Below, in pieces: positions 62,344 to 64,000 of a DNA stretch of 64,000 nucleotides; positions within the stretch are counted from its first letter, which is position 1; every line of letters begins with the position of its first letter. The stretch is taken from assembly GCF_000143415.4 (NCBI RefSeq), contig NW_003314300.1:166908-230907 (forward strand). Reading direction: 5' to 3'. Made by a program: the position numbers and the translations under genes. The notes below the pieces were generated by a model. It was not told where the DNA came from, ran no database searches, and saw only the letters and a list, made by a program, of their open reading frames with translations. This stretch comes from Selaginella moellendorffii. Lineage: Eukaryota > Plantae > Lycopodiophyta.

Positions 62344-62856
62344 ATGGCGGCCTCCTCTTTCGTTTGCTCGCCTTCCAGCGTCTTCGCTAGGCCTCCTCCC
62401 ACTACCGCTAGCGCTGGAGGTCTGTGCTCGGCTTTCAGGGGCCTCAGCTTGGCCAGGCACCATTCTTTCACTCCAATCAAGCAGCAGCAGAGCATTTCTC
62501 GCGTCGCTACCACGGTCAGCAAGCTCAAGACTCACAAGGTCCGTGTCGAATCTCTCTCTTGTTTAGAGAAGCGCTTGAGAAACGCTGCTTTGATTGCTTC
62601 TCTAGGCCTCAGCAAAGCGTTTCAAGGTGACTGGAGGCGGCATTTTGATGCGCAGGAGGGCTGGCAAGCAGCATCTCTTGGTGAAGAAGAATTCCAAGCG
62701 TAGAAAGCGCCTCTCGAAACTGGTTCGCTACGAAAAACTTCGCTCTCTTCTCGATTGAGACGCTCATGCCATCTTCCTTCTCTCCAGGTTCCGGTGAAAA
62801 GGAGCGACTACACAGGCATCGTACGAGCCTGCCCCTACATGAAAGTAAAGAGGTGA
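62344..62856 (+). CDS. RPL35: Plastid 50S ribosomal protein L35 (nuclear-encoded, 3 exons)
   Basis: Ser/Ala-rich transit peptide, KLKTHK|ASAKRFKVTGGG..MRRRAGKQHLLVKKNSKRRKRLSK, last exon VPVKRSDY...PYMKVKR*. Confidence 0.93.
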
Positions 62857-62988
62857 GAGCTCCCAAAAATCGTTTTTTTCTCGAGCATCTGGAGACCATT
62901 CCTTCCTTTTTCCAGGAGAAACCTCTTGCGCTCGGCAAGGAGAGCTCTTACTCCGGCAGTAGCAGCACCATCGCCACCACCACCACCA

Positions 62989-64000
62989 TCAAGCGATCAA
63001 GACACGCCGTCGGCTTAGCCTCCGTAAGCTATTCTCCTGAAAGATGTTTGCCAGGAGCACGTAACCAGCCGAGTCCTTTGGACTCAAATCCATCACACTC
63101 TTGGCCGCCAGTGTCCCATGGTTGAGTTGCTTGAAGCTGCTGCAAGCTCCAAGCAGCGATCTCCACTCCAGAACATCCGGCTCAAAAGGCATGCTGATGA
63201 TCAGATCCCTCGCGTCTTGCACGTATCCCCCGCGGCTCAACAGGTCCACCATGCACGAGAAGTGCTGCTTCGCGGGCTTGAGACCATAATCCTGGCTCAT
63301 CGACACAAAGCAGCACCTCCCAGCGTAAACTCTTCCAAAGTGAGCGCAAGCCAAGAGATGGACGATGAAGCACACCGGATCCGGCCTCTCCACCGTCACC
63401 ATCTCGTCCACGACACGAAAGACTTGGTCGAATCTCCCGTTCAAAGCGCTCACCACCAGCATTGCGCTCCATGCTACCGAGTCACGACTGGGCATACCAT
63501 CGAACATCCTCTTGGCGACGCCGATATGCCCGTTCTGCCCATAGCCGGCTAGCACCGCCGTCCACGACACGATGTCCCACTCGGGCATCTCCCTGAGCAA
63601 AACGCTAGATTCCAAAAGATGCCCGTTTTGGGCATATGCTGCCGCCATGGAACTCCAAGCCACTGTGTCCCTCTCGGGCATGGTGTCAAAGACACACTTT
63701 GCTTCCTCTACATGGCCTGCCCGAGCATACGCCGATAAGAGAGCCGACCATGAAACAATATCCTGCTCGGGCAGAGCATCAAAGCTTTCCTTTGCGTGTG
63801 CGAGATCCCCAGAAGCAGTATATGCAGCAAGCATGGCAGTCCCACTGATGGAGTCGTGCTCGGCCATGGCATCAAACACCAACTTTGCCTCGTCAAATCT
63901 AGACGCCGACGAGAAGAGCTTGAGCATCTCGGTGGCCTGGATCAAGCTCCAATGCGGCATCTCCTGGAGCAAAACTTTTGCCTCATCGACGTCTTGAGCA
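62989..64000 (-). CDS. PLS-E class PPR protein, 5' end beyond the window
   Basis: Tandem 31-aa repeats, HFSCMVDLLSRGG, PDVLEWRSLLGAC, SAGYVLLANIF. No DYW. Confidence 0.9.
   Translation of the reverse strand, partial: AQDVDEAKVLLQEMPHWSLIQATEMLKLFSSASRFDEAKLVFDAMAEHDSISGTAMLAAYTASGDLAHAKESFDALPEQDIVSWSALLSAYARAGHVEEAKCVFDTMPERDTVAWSSMAAAYAQNGHLLESSVLLREMPEWDIVSWTAVLAGYGQNGHIGVAKRMFDGMPSRDSVAWSAMLVVSALNGRFDQVFRVVDEMVTVERPDPVCFIVHLLACAHFGRVYAGRCCFVSMSQDYGLKPAKQHFSCMVDLLSRGGYVQDARDLIISMPFEPDVLEWRSLLGACSSFKQLNHGTLAAKSVMDLSPKDSAGYVLLANIFQENSLRRLSRRRVLIA

Overview
Eukaryotic nuclear DNA from a very compact plant genome: 50-90 nt GT-AG introns, GC-rich exons, short intergenic gaps and many PLS-class PPR loci. 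This resembles the lycophyte Selaginella (inference, no search run). Gene-dense host segments (0.3-15.6 kb, 23-42.5 kb, 61-64 kb) encode a GIY-YIG-like protein, a GIL1/IRKI-like protein, PPR proteins, two sucrose transporters flanking COQ2/PPT1, a RING-less Rad5/16-type SNF2 ATPase, a class III peroxidase, a giant sacsin-like RING protein, KAB1, an unknown conserved protein, a PI-PLC X-domain protein, a B-lectin protein and plastid RPL35. An AT-rich nest of dead transposons occupies about 43-54 kb (LINE, Ty3/gypsy, a TRIM-like insertion with TSD, Ty1/copia). The most unusual structure is a ~6-kb mosaic cassette of gene fragments present twice in inverted orientation (16710-22401 and 54879-61560) around a 32.5-kb spacer. 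Each copy contains a lectin 5' part, an unknown segment, a ~340-bp repeat R, an Orn/Lys/Arg decarboxylase pseudogene, a PPR pseudogene and a second R. The R copies carry tRNA B-box-like motifs and show signs of within-arm gene conversion. I found no CRISPR array, rRNA or intact tRNA. Exon boundaries and alignments were read by eye and are approximate.
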